DNA of 64,000 nt from Octopus sinensis (taxonomy: Eukaryota), in contig NC_043009.1 of the NCBI RefSeq assembly GCF_006345805.1, forward strand, positions 7,812,001 through 7,876,000. Direction: 5' to 3'. The first letter of the stretch is position 1. The number at the start of each line of letters is the position of its first letter. The notes beneath the pieces were generated by a model. It searched no databases, had not been told where the DNA came from, and saw only the letters and a list, made by a program, of their open reading frames with translations. The translations under genes were made by a program, and so were the position numbers. Positions 1 to 12,061 of this stretch are shown here, piece by piece.

Positions 1-122
1 GCTCGTGGAGCTTTAGGTGTTTTCGCTCAATAACACTGATCTGGGAACGCCTGATCTGGGAATCGAAACCGCGATCCTACGACCGCGAGTCCGCTTCCTC
101 ACCACTGGGCCATTGCGCCTCC
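1..122 (-). mobile_element. tRNA-derived SINE (family C), 5' part
   Basis: Reverse strand reads GGAGGCGCAATGGCCCAGTGGTGAGG...GGTTTCGATTCC (A/B-box-like head). Matching heads end near 3682 and 15444, and start at 23171. Confidence 0.85.
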
Positions 123-140
123 ACATAAATATAATAAATA

Positions 141-195
<55 letters not shown>

Positions 196-310
196 AATAT
201 ATATTATATATATATATATAATATATATATATATATAATTCTATATCTATATATTATTATATATTATATATATTATTATATATATATATAATATATATAT
301 ATATATATTT

Positions 311-500
311 TGTGACCGTGTGTGTACTGTTGGCGATTTTTTTCCTCCGTCTTCCCTTCTTTGGATCTTTCCTTTTCCTATATTTTCTGACGAAGAGCTC
401 CCGCTCGAAACGTTAAAAAACCCTCCTTCTTTCCTGGGCGTCCAATAATACTATACTTGTTCCACGTCCTCGCGTTGTTGTGTTTTCATGTTGGATTAAC

Positions 501-505
<5 letters not shown>
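311..505 (+). mobile_element. Penelope-type pseudo-LTR fragment (family P1) with hammerhead motif
   Basis: Near-identical copies at 3890-4078 (-) and 8101-8292 (+). Flanked by (TA)n. Contains CTGACGA-A-GAGC-TCCC-GCTC-GAAAC-GTT. Confidence 0.7.
383..419 (+). ncRNA. Minimal type I hammerhead ribozyme motif (P1)
   Basis: UUUU CUGACGA A GAGC UCCC GCUC GAAAC GUU AAAA: conserved core, 4-bp stem II, palindromic ACGU stem III, weak stem I. Confidence 0.65.
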
Positions 506-546
<41 letters not shown>

Positions 547-588
547 CTACATACATACATACATACATACATACATACATACATACCC

Positions 589-621
<33 letters not shown>

Positions 622-638
622 GTGTGTGTATACGTATA

Positions 639-711
<73 letters not shown>

Positions 712-734
712 ATATTAATACTTGATATTATATA

Positions 735-1543
735 CTATAGACTAAGACAACATTTAACGTTTTCCAGTTGTTCACTTTTCAGAGTTACATACTTAAAATC
801 TAAACTAAAATCTTAACATCTTTCGAGCCAGTTATTCTCAGAGACAATACTGTAATATTAAATACAATGCTCTATGTCTTAAAGTTTAAAACAAAAATAT
901 CCCTCATTAAAGATGTGATTGACACATCAAAGGCCGACTAAAGCTATGGTTCATTGAAGCTAATCACCAAGTGTAATTAACCTCGGTGACTTTTCCTTAA
1001 TAGGTCGATTGTTTGTGTCCACTCGAGCATGATACACTGTCTCAACATAAGAGAATCTCTCATGTTGACGTTCGACCATTATGATTGAGTTTACGTTCCA
1101 CTGAGGATATCTAATAATGCCGAAACATGTATGGGGGTGTCTCACGTACTTGACGAAATCATTAAAATATTTTTCCATGAAAATTAGCGAGGAGATAGTA
1201 ACATTACTTAGAAGAAATATAAACAAGATCACTGAAGATCGCATTTATATAGTGCAGCAAAACTGGCCAAGTGCATTAATTAACAAGGTTAACTACACGG
1301 AGTATTTAAACTAAATTTGTAAAGTTACAATAATATATATTTCATAAACACACACATTTATATATATTGATAGAAATGGTAAGACAACAAAAGAATGAAA
1401 GAGACCTCGACGTTATGTAAATAGAGGAATTTATCTGTAAATGTAATATGTGACAATTATTTGGTAGTCAAGATAAAACTCCGAGTTTCGGATGCCGAGG
1501 TGGAAATCCACCCCACCATCTCTTCAGTTTTCCGGCCATTGGA

Positions 1544-1545
<2 letters not shown>
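735..1545 (-). mobile_element. Probable Penelope-like element 5' remnant (hammerhead followed by truncated ORF 960-1244)
   Basis: Hammerhead at 1472-1532 precedes a short ORF on the same strand. The hammerhead segment recurs at about 54175-54280. The protein family was not recognised directly. Confidence 0.45.
1472..1532 (-). ncRNA. Type I hammerhead ribozyme motif (P4)
   Basis: GAAAA CUGAAGA GAUG...CAUC C GAAAC UCGGAG UU UUAUC. The paralog near 54.2 kb has a perfect GAUAA/UUAUC stem I. Confidence 0.6.
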
Positions 1546-1574
<29 letters not shown>

Positions 1575-1713
1575 TCCGCATGGGGTTTGAGGGCCCGATG
1601 CATCTATATGGTGTTACTCAGGTACTGAAATATGGACCCACTGCATTCTATATCCGACACAGGTGTAAGCTAATGAAATTCATAAGATAATAGCTTATTC
1701 CTTTGTATTCATG

Positions 1714-1744
<31 letters not shown>

Positions 1745-1787
1745 TGTGTGTGTGTGTGTTGTGTGTTTTCTTTACACACACATTTTC

Positions 1788-1932
1788 CGCGTGGCTAAGT
1801 GGTTAGGGTATTCGACTCACAATCGCAAGGTCGTGAGATCAGTTCCTGGCGACGCGTTGTGTCCTTGAGCAAGACTCTTTATTTCACGTTGCTCCAGTCC
1901 ACTCAGCTGGCAAAAATGAGTTGTACCTGTAC
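1788..1932 (+). mobile_element. tRNA-derived SINE (family D)
   Basis: GTGGCTAAGTGGTTAGGGTATTCGACTC...GTTCCTGGC head. A related copy lies at 2489-2745. Confidence 0.7.
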
Positions 1933-2376
1933 TTTAAAGATAAATGGATGTTAGCATCAGGATTTTCGTGAGGAAGTAATTGAACACAGATCTTAAGCGG
2001 AAAATACCGATGCCCTAAATACACCCTTATAGCTGAAACTCACGGTATTAAAATTTGAAATCCACCTGATATCGTGGAGAAGAGTTAGACACAAAGAAAT
2101 GTATATACTGTTCCTATCAGTGACCGGTATCCCGATTCATGAGGTTGCCTCTGTGGTAGCAAACTTACAAACAACGTGTCTGATTAAATCCAAAAGTGCT
2201 CAAAATTGAACGACACCTTATCCAGCAACAAGACTCGGTCTACAGTCATTAGTTAATTTAATTAAATTTTATGTCTATCTATCTCTTTGTCCATCTAACT
2301 ATTGATCTGTCCCTCAATCCCAATCTCTCTGTCTATCTATCTGTCTGCCTATCTATCTATCTATCTATCTGTCTGC

Positions 2377-2429
<53 letters not shown>

Positions 2430-2488
2430 AAACTATGTATTTCTTTATCGATTTACTTATCAGTTTCTCGAACTGCTATTAAACCCAA

Positions 2489-2745
2489 GGCTCGTGGCTT
2501 AGTGGTTAGGGTCTTCGGATAACGGTTGCGAGCTCGATTCCTGGCGGTGCGTTGTGTCTTTGTTGCTCAAGTCCTCTCAACTAGTAAAAACGAATAGTAC
2601 CTGTAATTCAAACGGCCAGCCTTGTCACATCTTGTGTCACGCTGAATCTCCGTCGTTAAGGGTATACGTGTCTGTGGAGTACTCAGTCACTTGGAAGCTA
2701 GTTTCATGAGCAGATTGTTCCGCTGATCGTAACAGATGGAGTGCC
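2489..2745 (+). mobile_element. tRNA-derived SINE (family D), diverged
   Basis: Similar to 1788-1932, with a longer body. Confidence 0.65.
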
Positions 2746-2879
2746 AGTTCCTAACAAACCCAAATTAAATTCCTATTCTCATATAATGCCGTTTGTGAAA
2801 CCGCAGTATGATTTGAGTTTTAACATAACAAAAGCCGCATATAGTTAAACTGAACAAACCACAAAAGACAAACTATTTT

Positions 2880-3246
2880 ACTCTTTTACTTGTTTCAGTC
2901 ATTTGACTGCAGCCATGCTGGAGCACCGCCTTTAGTCGAGCAAATCGACCCCAGGTTTTATTCTTTGTAAGCCTAGTACTTATTATATCGTTCTCTTTTG
3001 CCGAACCGCTAAGTTACGGGGACGTAAACACACCAACATTGGTTGTCAAGCGATTTTGGGGGACAAACACAGACACACAAACACACTTATATATATATAT
3101 ATGTATACATACGACGGGCTTCTTTCAGTTTCCGTCTACCAAATCCCCTCACAAGGCTTTGGTCGGCCCGAGGCTACGCAGTGGGACTGAACCCGGAACC
3201 ATGTGGTTCGTAAGCAAGCTACTTACCACACAGACACTCCTGCGCC
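2880..3246 (-). mobile_element. SINE family A (internal microsatellite)
   Basis: Matches more than 10 other copies in the window, ending ...GGTGCTCCAGCATGGCYGCAGTCAAATGACTGAAACAAGTAAAAGAG on its own strand. Confidence 0.9.
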
Positions 3247-3254
3247 TATTCATC

Positions 3255-3392
3255 TGGTACTTGACTGAAGAAAGAAAACTTCGAATGACCCGTCCTTATT
3301 TTCTTTGGATCGTCTATCTTTGGTTCGTCCCTTTTTGTATCGCCAAGCTGTCTGGATGTTTTGCGTTCTTGTCCCATTTTGTATTTATATAT
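3255..3392 (+). repeat. Dispersed Penelope-like fragment (P7) with degenerate hammerhead-like motif
   Basis: CTGAAGA..CTTCGAATGACCCGTC followed by a tail ending TTCTTGTCCCATTTT. Recurs at 7755-7862 (+) and partly at 14505-14550 (-). Confidence 0.5.
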
Positions 3393-3399
3393 ATATATC

Positions 3400-3860
3400 A
3401 CCGTGATCACCGTGACCGACCAGACTATCAGATGTTGCTACACATCGCTGGTCACAATGCGCTTTGCATTGTTTTAGCCTTCAAGGCTAAGCGAGTAGGT
3501 CAACAGAAGAAAGAGTAAGAGAAAGTTGTGGCGAAAGAGTACAGCAGGGACCGCCACCAACCCCTGCCGGAGCCTCGTAGAGCTTTAAGGAGTTTTCGCT
3601 CAATAAACACACACAACGCCCGGTCTGGGAATCGAAACCGCGATCCTACGACCGCGAGTCCGCTGCCCTAACCACTGGGCCATATATATATCACGTGATC
3701 ACGCGACCGACCAGTCCATTAGATGTAGTTACACATCGCTGGTCACAATGTGTTCGCATTGTTTTAGCCTTCGAATGACGCCACCCCGCTGGCTAAGCGA
3801 GCAGGCCAACAGAAGAAAGAGTGGGAGAAAGAGTGGTGAAAGTGTACAGCAGGGATCATA
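3400..3860 (-). mobile_element. Two adjacent SINE-C copies (3400-3682 and headless 3690-3860)
   Basis: Duplicated GATCAC..CGACCGACCAG..ACACATCGCTGGTCACAATG ends. The tRNA-like head is at 3620-3682. Confidence 0.8.
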
Positions 3861-3889
3861 TATATATAAAGTTAAGCCAAACATGAAAT

Positions 3890-4078
3890 CACAAAAAAAA
3901 CACAACGCGAGGACGTGGAACAAGTACAGTGTTATTGGACGCTCAGGAAAGAAGGAAAGAAGGAGGGTTTAACATTTCGAGCGGAGCTCTTCGACGGAAA
4001 CATAGGAGAAGGAAAGATCCAGAGAAGGGAAGACAGAGGGAAAAAAATCGCCAACGGTACACACGCGGTCACATTTTA
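3890..4078 (-). mobile_element. Penelope-type fragment P1
   Basis: Reverse complement of 311-505. The hammerhead core is mutated (CCGUCGA, GAAAU). Confidence 0.7.
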
Positions 4079-4579
4079 TATATATGGCTGTTCGTTGACT
4101 ACTTTTTCCGCCTTATAAGAGCAATTTACCCGTTAGAAACATTCCGTATCGTATTTGTGGTCCTACTTCTCGATTGCCTAATTTACATAAACATAAAATC
4201 ATAGCTCCGTCTACTAGTGGAGTCGTTGTGCACTCTCAGTAATTAAATATTTCTCTTAGATCAGCTAAATTCGTACTGCTAGGTTTAATATGCGTCTTGT
4301 CTATGCGATCCACATATGAGTGTATGTATACGAGTGTGTTTTGTGTATGCGTGCGAGTACGTGTTTGTGTGTGTGAGTGTCTGCGTGCGTGTGCGCGTGC
4401 GCAGTTTTGTTAACCATTTTTACATTGTTTTCTTTCAAATCCTGCAGTCATTTTCTCTTCCATTAACACATGATGGAATTTCAGAATTCTCCAAGAATGT
4501 CCATCAAAGAGAAGCAAAACCAAATCAAAACAGACACCAATCTAATAAAATGCACGGACTTAAGCCTGATTAGGATGTA

Positions 4580-4605
4580 AAAATAACAACAACAATAACA
4601 ACAAC

Positions 4606-4670
<65 letters not shown>

Positions 4671-4856
4671 TAATAATAATAATGATGATGATGACGACGA
4701 TGATGATGATAGTAATTATTATTACTACTATTACATTACTATCATTGTAGTAGTAGTAGTAGTAGTAGTAAGGGTGATAGTGGCGGCGGCGGAAGTAGTG
4801 ACAATGATGGTAATAGTCGTCGTGGTAAAGGGAGTGTAGTGGTGGTGGTGGTGGTG

Positions 4857-4892
<36 letters not shown>

Positions 4893-4895
4893 GTA
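4580..4895. repeat. Compound trinucleotide microsatellite (AAC/AAT/GAT/TAG/TGG)
   Basis: Directly visible. Confidence 0.95.
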
Positions 4896-5689
4896 AAAAC
4901 AGTTGAAACAGATCAAAACAGTTTTGTTTTTATTTAAAAAAAAAAAGAAACAAAAGGCAAAAGCCATCGAAGAGACGTTTGTATTGGTTTGTTATAACAA
5001 TTAGCCATGAAACCATATTGCAAGATGGTGTTAATTTAGTTCTTGCTTTCATCATTTCCGCACTTTTGTGACGCGGCTATCTTGAAACGGTACTGCGCCG
5101 CCATTTACAACTCTGAAGACTAAGGAAGGGTGGGCTTGCATGGACAGGCAGTCTGTTGCCAATCTTTAGGGTTTGCTTGCTGGCTGGTTGGTTGGTTGGT
5201 CTTTTATTTTCATTCATTCATTTCGTTTATTATTTATTTATTTTATTTTATTTTATTTCCTAAAATGCTTCAGACACAAGAAAAGAAACGGAGAAAAAGA
5301 AAAAAACGAAAGACAGAGATATAAGAGAAGAACGAAAAACGAAGAAAACGGTAAGAAAGGAAAATAAAAAAGAACGACTCTAAGACCTCTGGGAGGTCAG
5401 AGGTGTATCCTCCTGTCTCATCGCTAAAATAGAGGAGGAAAAAAAATCGGTTTAGGGGGTGGTTTTTCACCCAGTTTTTCATCTGTTTTTATATTTTATA
5501 TTTTATATTTTATTTATTTATTTATTTGTTTATTATATTTGTTGTTGCTTTTCTCTTCTTTTTATTCTTGTTCCATTCCGTTCAATAAATCATTAGATTT
5601 TCCTTCGGTTCAACTTAGGCTGAACTTAGTAGTCGCCACTAGTCTTCCGCTTATCCCCCTTCTCCCTCTCTCTCTCTTTAACTCCCCTA

Positions 5690-5803
5690 TCTATCTATCT
5701 AAATATATATATATATATATCTGCCTGTCTGTCTGTCTCTATCTATCTATATATTTGTCTATCTATTTATCTACCTATCTATCTATCTATATATCTATCT
5801 ATC

Positions 5804-5865
<62 letters not shown>

Positions 5866-5882
5866 CATAGATAGATAGATAA

Positions 5883-5951
<69 letters not shown>

Positions 5952-6200
5952 TATGTATCTATATGTATCTGTATGTATGCATGTATATGTGTATGCATGT
6001 GTGTATGTATATGTATATATTTGCATGTATATATGTACATGTTTGTCTATATTAGACATACAAATATGTATTGATCTATGTGTGTGTGTGTATGCATTTG
6101 TATATGTATGTATATAAGTATATACATATACATGTATATATGTGTGTGTACATACACACACTCACACACATACACACACACACACACACATGTAAGCCAA
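5690..6200. repeat. Compound microsatellite (TATC)n-(GATA)n-(GA)n-(TG/CA)n
   Basis: Directly visible. Confidence 0.95.
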
Positions 6201-6415
6201 ACTCGCTCTATTTCGTTTGAGTTCTCGACACATTAACTCTTACATTTTTTTACACACGTTTTATCTACTTTTTTTTTTTCCTTTTTACCCAAGCACACAA
6301 AATCACGCGCACATATACACACATACACTACAGATTTCCACAACTCATATACGCAATCTCACACTGATTACCCCCTCCCCACCACACACACACACACTCT
6401 CTGTACGTCTCACGC

Positions 6416-6455
<40 letters not shown>

Positions 6456-6944
6456 GCACACACATCCTTGGTTTCACACTTCGTTGCATACATTCATTAA
6501 CCTACTCATGCACACATACGCACATACTGGTTCTGACTCCGTAACGTATTCGTACTTTCATTATTACTACATTGTGTTACACAAATATACACTTGCACTC
6601 TCTTAAACTCTCCCTGTATCCCAAGAACACACACACACACACTTTCTCTCTCTCTCTCTCTCACTCTTTCCCTGTATCTCTCTCTCTCTCCTTTACTGTG
6701 TTCTTCCCTTTATTTTTCTTTGTTCCCGCCAACCTCTCTCACAAACATAACACACTTTCTCATTCCTACTGTACACACGTAATCCGCGTCTCAGATGCAT
6801 ATGGCTGTACGTACGTATCTATGTATGTACGTACGTATGCATGCATGCAGAGAAACAGGGCGAGGCTGTTCTATATACATATATTTACTGGAAATAGGTT
6901 ATTGTTTCACGGTGAGTTAACAAATTGTATACTCCATTAGGGGC

Positions 6945-7748
6945 ATGCGTGGGTATGTGGTAAGAAACTTGTTTCCACACAACATGGTTCCGAGTTCAGT
7001 CCCACTGCCTCGCACCTTGTACAAGTGTCTTCTGTTATAGCCTCGGGCCGACCAAAGCCTTGTGGGTGAATTTGCTAGACGGAAACTGAAAAGAAGCCTG
7101 TCGATTATAAATATATATACTCCCTTTTACTTGTTTCAGTCATTTGACTGCGGCCATGCTGGGGCACCGCCTTTAGTCGAGAAAATCGACCCCAGTACTT
7201 ATTCTTTGTAAGCCTAGTACTTATTCTATCGGTCTCTTTTTGCCGAACCGCTAATTACGGGGACGTAAACACACCACCATCGGTTGTCAAGAGATGATGA
7301 GGGGGATACACAGACACAAACATATACACACACATACATATATACATACATATATACGACGGGCTTCTTTCAGTTTCCGTCTTCCAAATCCACTTACAAG
7401 GCTTTGGTCGGCACGAGGCTATAGTAGAAAACACTTGCCCAAGGTGCCACGCAGTGGGACTGAACCTGGAACCATTTGGTTGATAAGTAGCTTGCTTACT
7501 TACCACACAGCCACTCTTGCGCCTATATATGTGTATAAATTTATGTGTGTCTTTGTGTCTGTATTTATACCCCATCCACCATCGCTTGACAACCGATGTT
7601 GGTGTGTTTACTTCCCCATAACTTTGCGGTCCGATAGAATAAGTACTAGGCTTACAAAGAATAAGTTCTGGAGGCGATTTCGTGGACTAAAACCCTTTAA
7701 GGTGTGCTCTAGCATGGCCGCGGTCAAATGACTGAAACAGGAAAAAGT
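6945..7748 (+). mobile_element. SINE-A interrupted by an antisense SINE-A (about 7121-7523)
   Basis: A + strand head (6945-7120) and + strand tail (about 7540-7748) flank a complete - strand copy. Confidence 0.85.
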
Positions 7749-7891
7749 AGTCGAAACTGCGAGGATGATCCGGTTCTTGACTGAAGATTAGAGGCTTCGA
7801 ATGACCCGTCCGTTTTCGTATCGTCTATTTGAATGTTTTGCGTTCTTGTCCCATTTTATATATTTTTATACATATATATATGTATATATTC

Positions 7892-8100
7892 GGCGAGCTG
7901 GCAGAAACGTTAGTATGCCGGGCGAAATACGTAGCCGTATTTCGTCTGTCGTTACGTTGTGAGTTCAAATTCCGCCGAGGTCGACTTTGCCTTTCATCCT
8001 TTCGGGGTCGATAAATAAAGTACCAGTTACGCACTGGGGGTCGATGTAATCGACTTAATCCCTTTGTCTGTCCTTGTTTGTCCTCTCTATATTTAGCCCG
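7892..8100 (+). mobile_element. tRNA-related SINE (family B)
   Basis: GGCGAGCTGGCAGAAACGTTAG...GAGTTCAAATTCCGCCGAGGTCGAC...GGGGTCGATGTAATCGAC. More than 10 copies in the window. Confidence 0.9.
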
Positions 8101-8292
8101 TGACCTCGTGTGTACCGTTGGCGATTTTTTTTTCCTCTGTCTTCTCTTCTATGGATCTTTCCTTCTATGTTTTCGACGAAGAGCTCCGCTCGAAACGTTA
8201 AACCCTCCTTCTTTCCTGAGCGTCCAATAATACTATATTTGTTCCACGTCCTCGCGTTTTTTTTTTTGTGCTTTCTTGTTTGGATTAACTAT
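8101..8292 (+). mobile_element. Penelope-type fragment P1
   Basis: Copy of 311-505, containing GAAGAGCTCCGCTCGAAACGTTAAAC. Confidence 0.7.
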
Positions 8293-9129
8293 ATATATAT
8301 ATATATCGATAGAATTTTTAGCGAACGTTCTATTGTGATATTCGATTGTAAATATCTTGTATTTATACATATTGCTTCCTGTGCTGGGATTTCTGTATTT
8401 GATTGTCACTTTATTTTATCGACTCTGGAACGATGAAAGGCATATTTCACCTTGGTACGATTCGAACCCAGAACGTTAACATCCCAAAATATTGTACAGA
8501 TACTCAACCAACTCCGCCGATTTACCGCCCTGTCCTCTTTAAAATTAAATTTTAAGGTGATATATTGATTGAATTGATATTTTCTAGGTGATGCATTGAT
8601 TGAATCGTTAGAGCAACAGAGGCATTGCTTCGGTATTAGTCTACAGTGTGTCGATATGAACAGACGACGTCATTCACCTTATACTTTAGCCTAGCCTCTT
8701 TACCTATGTCATAAGGGAAAGCTGTATGGATGAGAGACGTCATATACCTATATCGAAGTATAGGTATCGTAGCAGACGATAAAGAAATACCCTGATGTAT
8801 TTACTTTGACATTTTGTGTTTTGAGTTCACATACCATCAAGGTCTATTTTACTTTTCATCCTTCCGGGGTCGATAAAATAAAGTAAGCACTTTCCTACTA
8901 TATAGACAGACATTTCCTTTTTTTTTATATTTAGTAAAATAATAAAATAAACTATTACAATGGTAAGACAGGTATAAAAGAAAGGAAAGAGCAAGGAATT
9001 TGGCCATTGTTTCTTTCTGAGAAAGAAGAATTCTATGTCCAAAACATACCCTTTAGCATTCAGATTATTCTGTCAAATGTAATACAGCTGTACCTCGGTT
9101 TACGAACGTCTCTGATCAAGAAGGAATCG

Positions 9130-9298
9130 TGCTTTATATATATCTATACCAAACAAAACTGTCCGACGAACGGGAACGTGAAACTCCGAGTAACAACTTT
9201 TGTTAAATTTCTGATGCTTTTAAATAAAGCATATTACTCTACCTCTGGTATTTGAGTACTCTTTTTTCCACCTTGTTTCACATTTATGTGTTTACTCC

Positions 9299-9300
<2 letters not shown>
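9130..9300 (+). mobile_element. Penelope-type fragment P5 with hammerhead motif (9159-9195)
   Basis: UGU CCGACGA ACG GGAA CGU GAAAC UCCGAG UA ACA. Ends at (TA)n. A rearranged paralog lies at 33877-34075. Confidence 0.6.
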
Positions 9301-9361
<61 letters not shown>

Positions 9362-9366
<5 letters not shown>

Positions 9367-9770
9367 CAGTATAGCCCGGCGTTGTTCGGGTTCTGAGATA
9401 TGATAGAATCTGCTTCAACCCACAAGTTCGTATCCAGAATTTTGCAACTCAAATTCAAAAATGAGATGTAACTGTTTTAGCATGAAAGGAATTTCCTGTT
9501 TCCTGTGCCAGTTTGCCCTTCCACAAAAAGGGGTCAGCACAGCCTGCATGTGGTCAGTGTATGGCCATCTTTTGCTGACACTAACATGGAAATGAAATTA
9601 GAAAATACATAAACAAAAAAAAATTAAAACAAGAGAAAAACAAATAAGGAAGATCACCCCCACTTCCTTAATGACCCTCTAGAATTGGAATTTTTGAAAA
9701 GTAAAAAATTTTCATTATGTAGCTTGTTATTCTCTTTAAGTGAACATTTTTCTGGTTGAAATACACCGAA
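9362..9770 (-). mobile_element. Helitron-like non-autonomous element (3' end)
   Basis: Reverse strand ends CCCGAACAACGCCGGG-CTATACTGCTAA, matching the hairpin+CTAG end at 27362-27389. The far boundary is uncertain. Confidence 0.55.
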
Positions 9771-9796
9771 AAATAAGTATCAAGGATATATAATGA

Positions 9797-10044
9797 AAAT
9801 AAGTATCAAGGATATCCAGAGGTAATGCAGTACGATCGTTTCATGTGACTCCATTTAATTGAACAATACAAACATTACATCAATTTAAAATGTAGAGCAA
9901 TCTTCAGCTGCACAAAAACATAGAATTTCAGCTGAAGATTGCTCTACATTTTAAATTGATGTAATGTTTTCATTGTTCAATTAAATGTAGTCGCATGAAA
10001 CGATCGTACTGCATTACCTCTGGATATCCTTGTTGCTTATTTTT
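9797..10044. mobile_element. Palindromic (hairpin) MITE
   Basis: Arms of about 115 bp around an ~18-nt loop (CAGCTG...CAGCTG). A half copy lies at about 19575-19700. Confidence 0.75.
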
Positions 10045-10159
10045 TATTATAATCTCCTTGTTTTAAATTGTATGGCTAATACCATACTAAATTCTGGTGC
10101 CTCAAGTACCATATTCATCTGAATCTAAATTTTTACTGAACTTATCTACCATACCTAGC

Positions 10160-10203
<44 letters not shown>

Positions 10204-10218
10204 ATGTATGTATATATG

Positions 10219-10250
<32 letters not shown>

Positions 10251-10696
10251 TGTATGTATGTATGTATGTATGTATGTATGTATATGTGTGTATATGTATA
10301 TATATATATATATATGTCCTACCTTGCTGAATCATGTTTTTCATTAGGCATTATAAGTTATCTCTGCTTTAACACACCAGTGTCTGTCAAATCTTAATTT
10401 ATTTTGTCCAAGCAAAAACAAAGCAAAGCCAAAAATTACTAATTTTAGTAGGGAACGAACCATTGATGATTGAATCAATTTTACTATATTACTGCTGGTA
10501 TTTATTTTATCGATTTATGTGCGATGGAAAGCGATGTCTGTGTCCTGAACGAAAATAATGCACTAAAACTTAAGATACAACTCTAATATCTAATCTGGCG
10601 CACAGCCATTTACACTCACTCCACCGTTCTGTATCGTTCCATAATGGAACTAACGTTTCTTGGGGAGATTACTGATGTTGGTTCTAGTAGTGTTCT

Positions 10697-10737
<41 letters not shown>

Positions 10738-10861
10738 ACTCTGTAGCCCCAGGTTAGATGTGATGAGCAGATCTATTATTAAAAGCATTCCAGTCGGAAC
10801 TATCCAACTTCTGTCTTGTTTTTTTGTTTTTATTTTTCGTAGGTTTTTTTTCTTCCAAATA

Positions 10862-11003
10862 TAGCTGCTGACGTGGTTGTATGGTTAAGAATTTTGCTTC
10901 CCAACCAGGTGGATTCAGGTTCTATCCCACTGTTTGGCACACCTTTCCCGAACCAAGCCATGTGAGTGGATTTGGTAAGCGGAAACTGAAAGAATCCCGT
11001 CGT
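10862..11003 (+). mobile_element. SINE-A head only
   Basis: Ends at GAAAGAATCCCGTCGT, where the internal microsatellite normally starts. Confidence 0.75.
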
Positions 11004-11758
11004 TGGGCATGCCGTGGTAGATGATGCGCAGACACGCGCCGAGACTGCGACATCTCCAGCTCTACGTAGACGACGGTGAACAGATATGGTCGCCGTTTGT
11101 GAGGCACGTTTTCCTGCAGCTCGTCTCTATGACCGAACTGCAGTCGTAGATCAAAAAGAGGCCGAGGAAGGGCAAATGGCACCGCGAGTGTCGCTTTGCT
11201 CTCAAGCAACTCTGCCGTCCCAGGTCGACCTTGAGCGACTACAACACAACCAAAGCATTCTATAGGGGATTAGTGAAGGGGAGGTACGACGACAATCTCG
11301 GGGCGAAACCTTGGCGTCGACGAGGAATACCTGATCCACCTGTTCAAGACGACTTTCGGGCCGGGACCTATGGACAACTTCCAGAGATCCCTGGCCTGGC
11401 AGTGCTACCGAGAAGCGTTACCCGTTCGGGATAAGCTCTACAGACACGGCTCGAGAAACACAGGGCCGACCTGCCGAGATGCGGTCAGAGCGACGAAACC
11501 GTTCTGCATGCACTCGTGCAGTGTCCAACCATTTCCGACCTGTGGGCTTATGTCGAACGACTGCTGTCACGTGTGGGACGAGTCGGTTTATCAGCCGAGT
11601 CTATCGTCAATATCGTCACGCCTCCTTCCTTCAAACGGGAAGGAAGAGCTATTTTCATCTTACTTGCGAAAGAATGTGTCTGGTGGACGCGTCTGAAAGG
11701 ATTAGAGACAAACACTTTCCTCTCTGGTCAATCTCTCATCAATTTCTTCAAAATTTAA
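11004..11758 (+). pseudogene. Tx1/L1-clade LINE ORF2 C-terminal remnant (zf-RVT)
   Basis: Frameshifted translation SLAWQCYREALPVRDKLYRHG...TC/PRCGQSDETVLHALVQCPTISDLW resembles the CCHC zf-RVT motif. Confidence 0.8.
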
Positions 11759-11928
11759 AACAGAGAGTTACTTACTTGCAAATAAATGTGTTTACATGTG
11801 ACATTATTGACCGAGGTCACATTGGTCTTTTCCGTAGGCTTTTCTTTCCACGGATAAACCTTATTTGTTTCCCCCTTTACACTTTACATCATGACATTTC
11901 TGTGATACACGATCCCTGTACCCCAAGA

Positions 11929-12039
<111 letters not shown>

Positions 12040-12061
12040 TATGTATATGTGTGTGTGTGTA

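Noticed and set aside
1-122. tRNA genes suggested by A/B boxes (also 19230-19281 and 23171)
   Set aside because: They lack a complete cloverleaf and acceptor stem and continue into repeat bodies, so they are SINE heads.
4439-4573. Possible terminal exon after TTTCAAATCCTGCAG (SFSLPLTHDGISEF...KPD*)
   Set aside because: No recognisable homology or partner exons; a short open frame is expected by chance.
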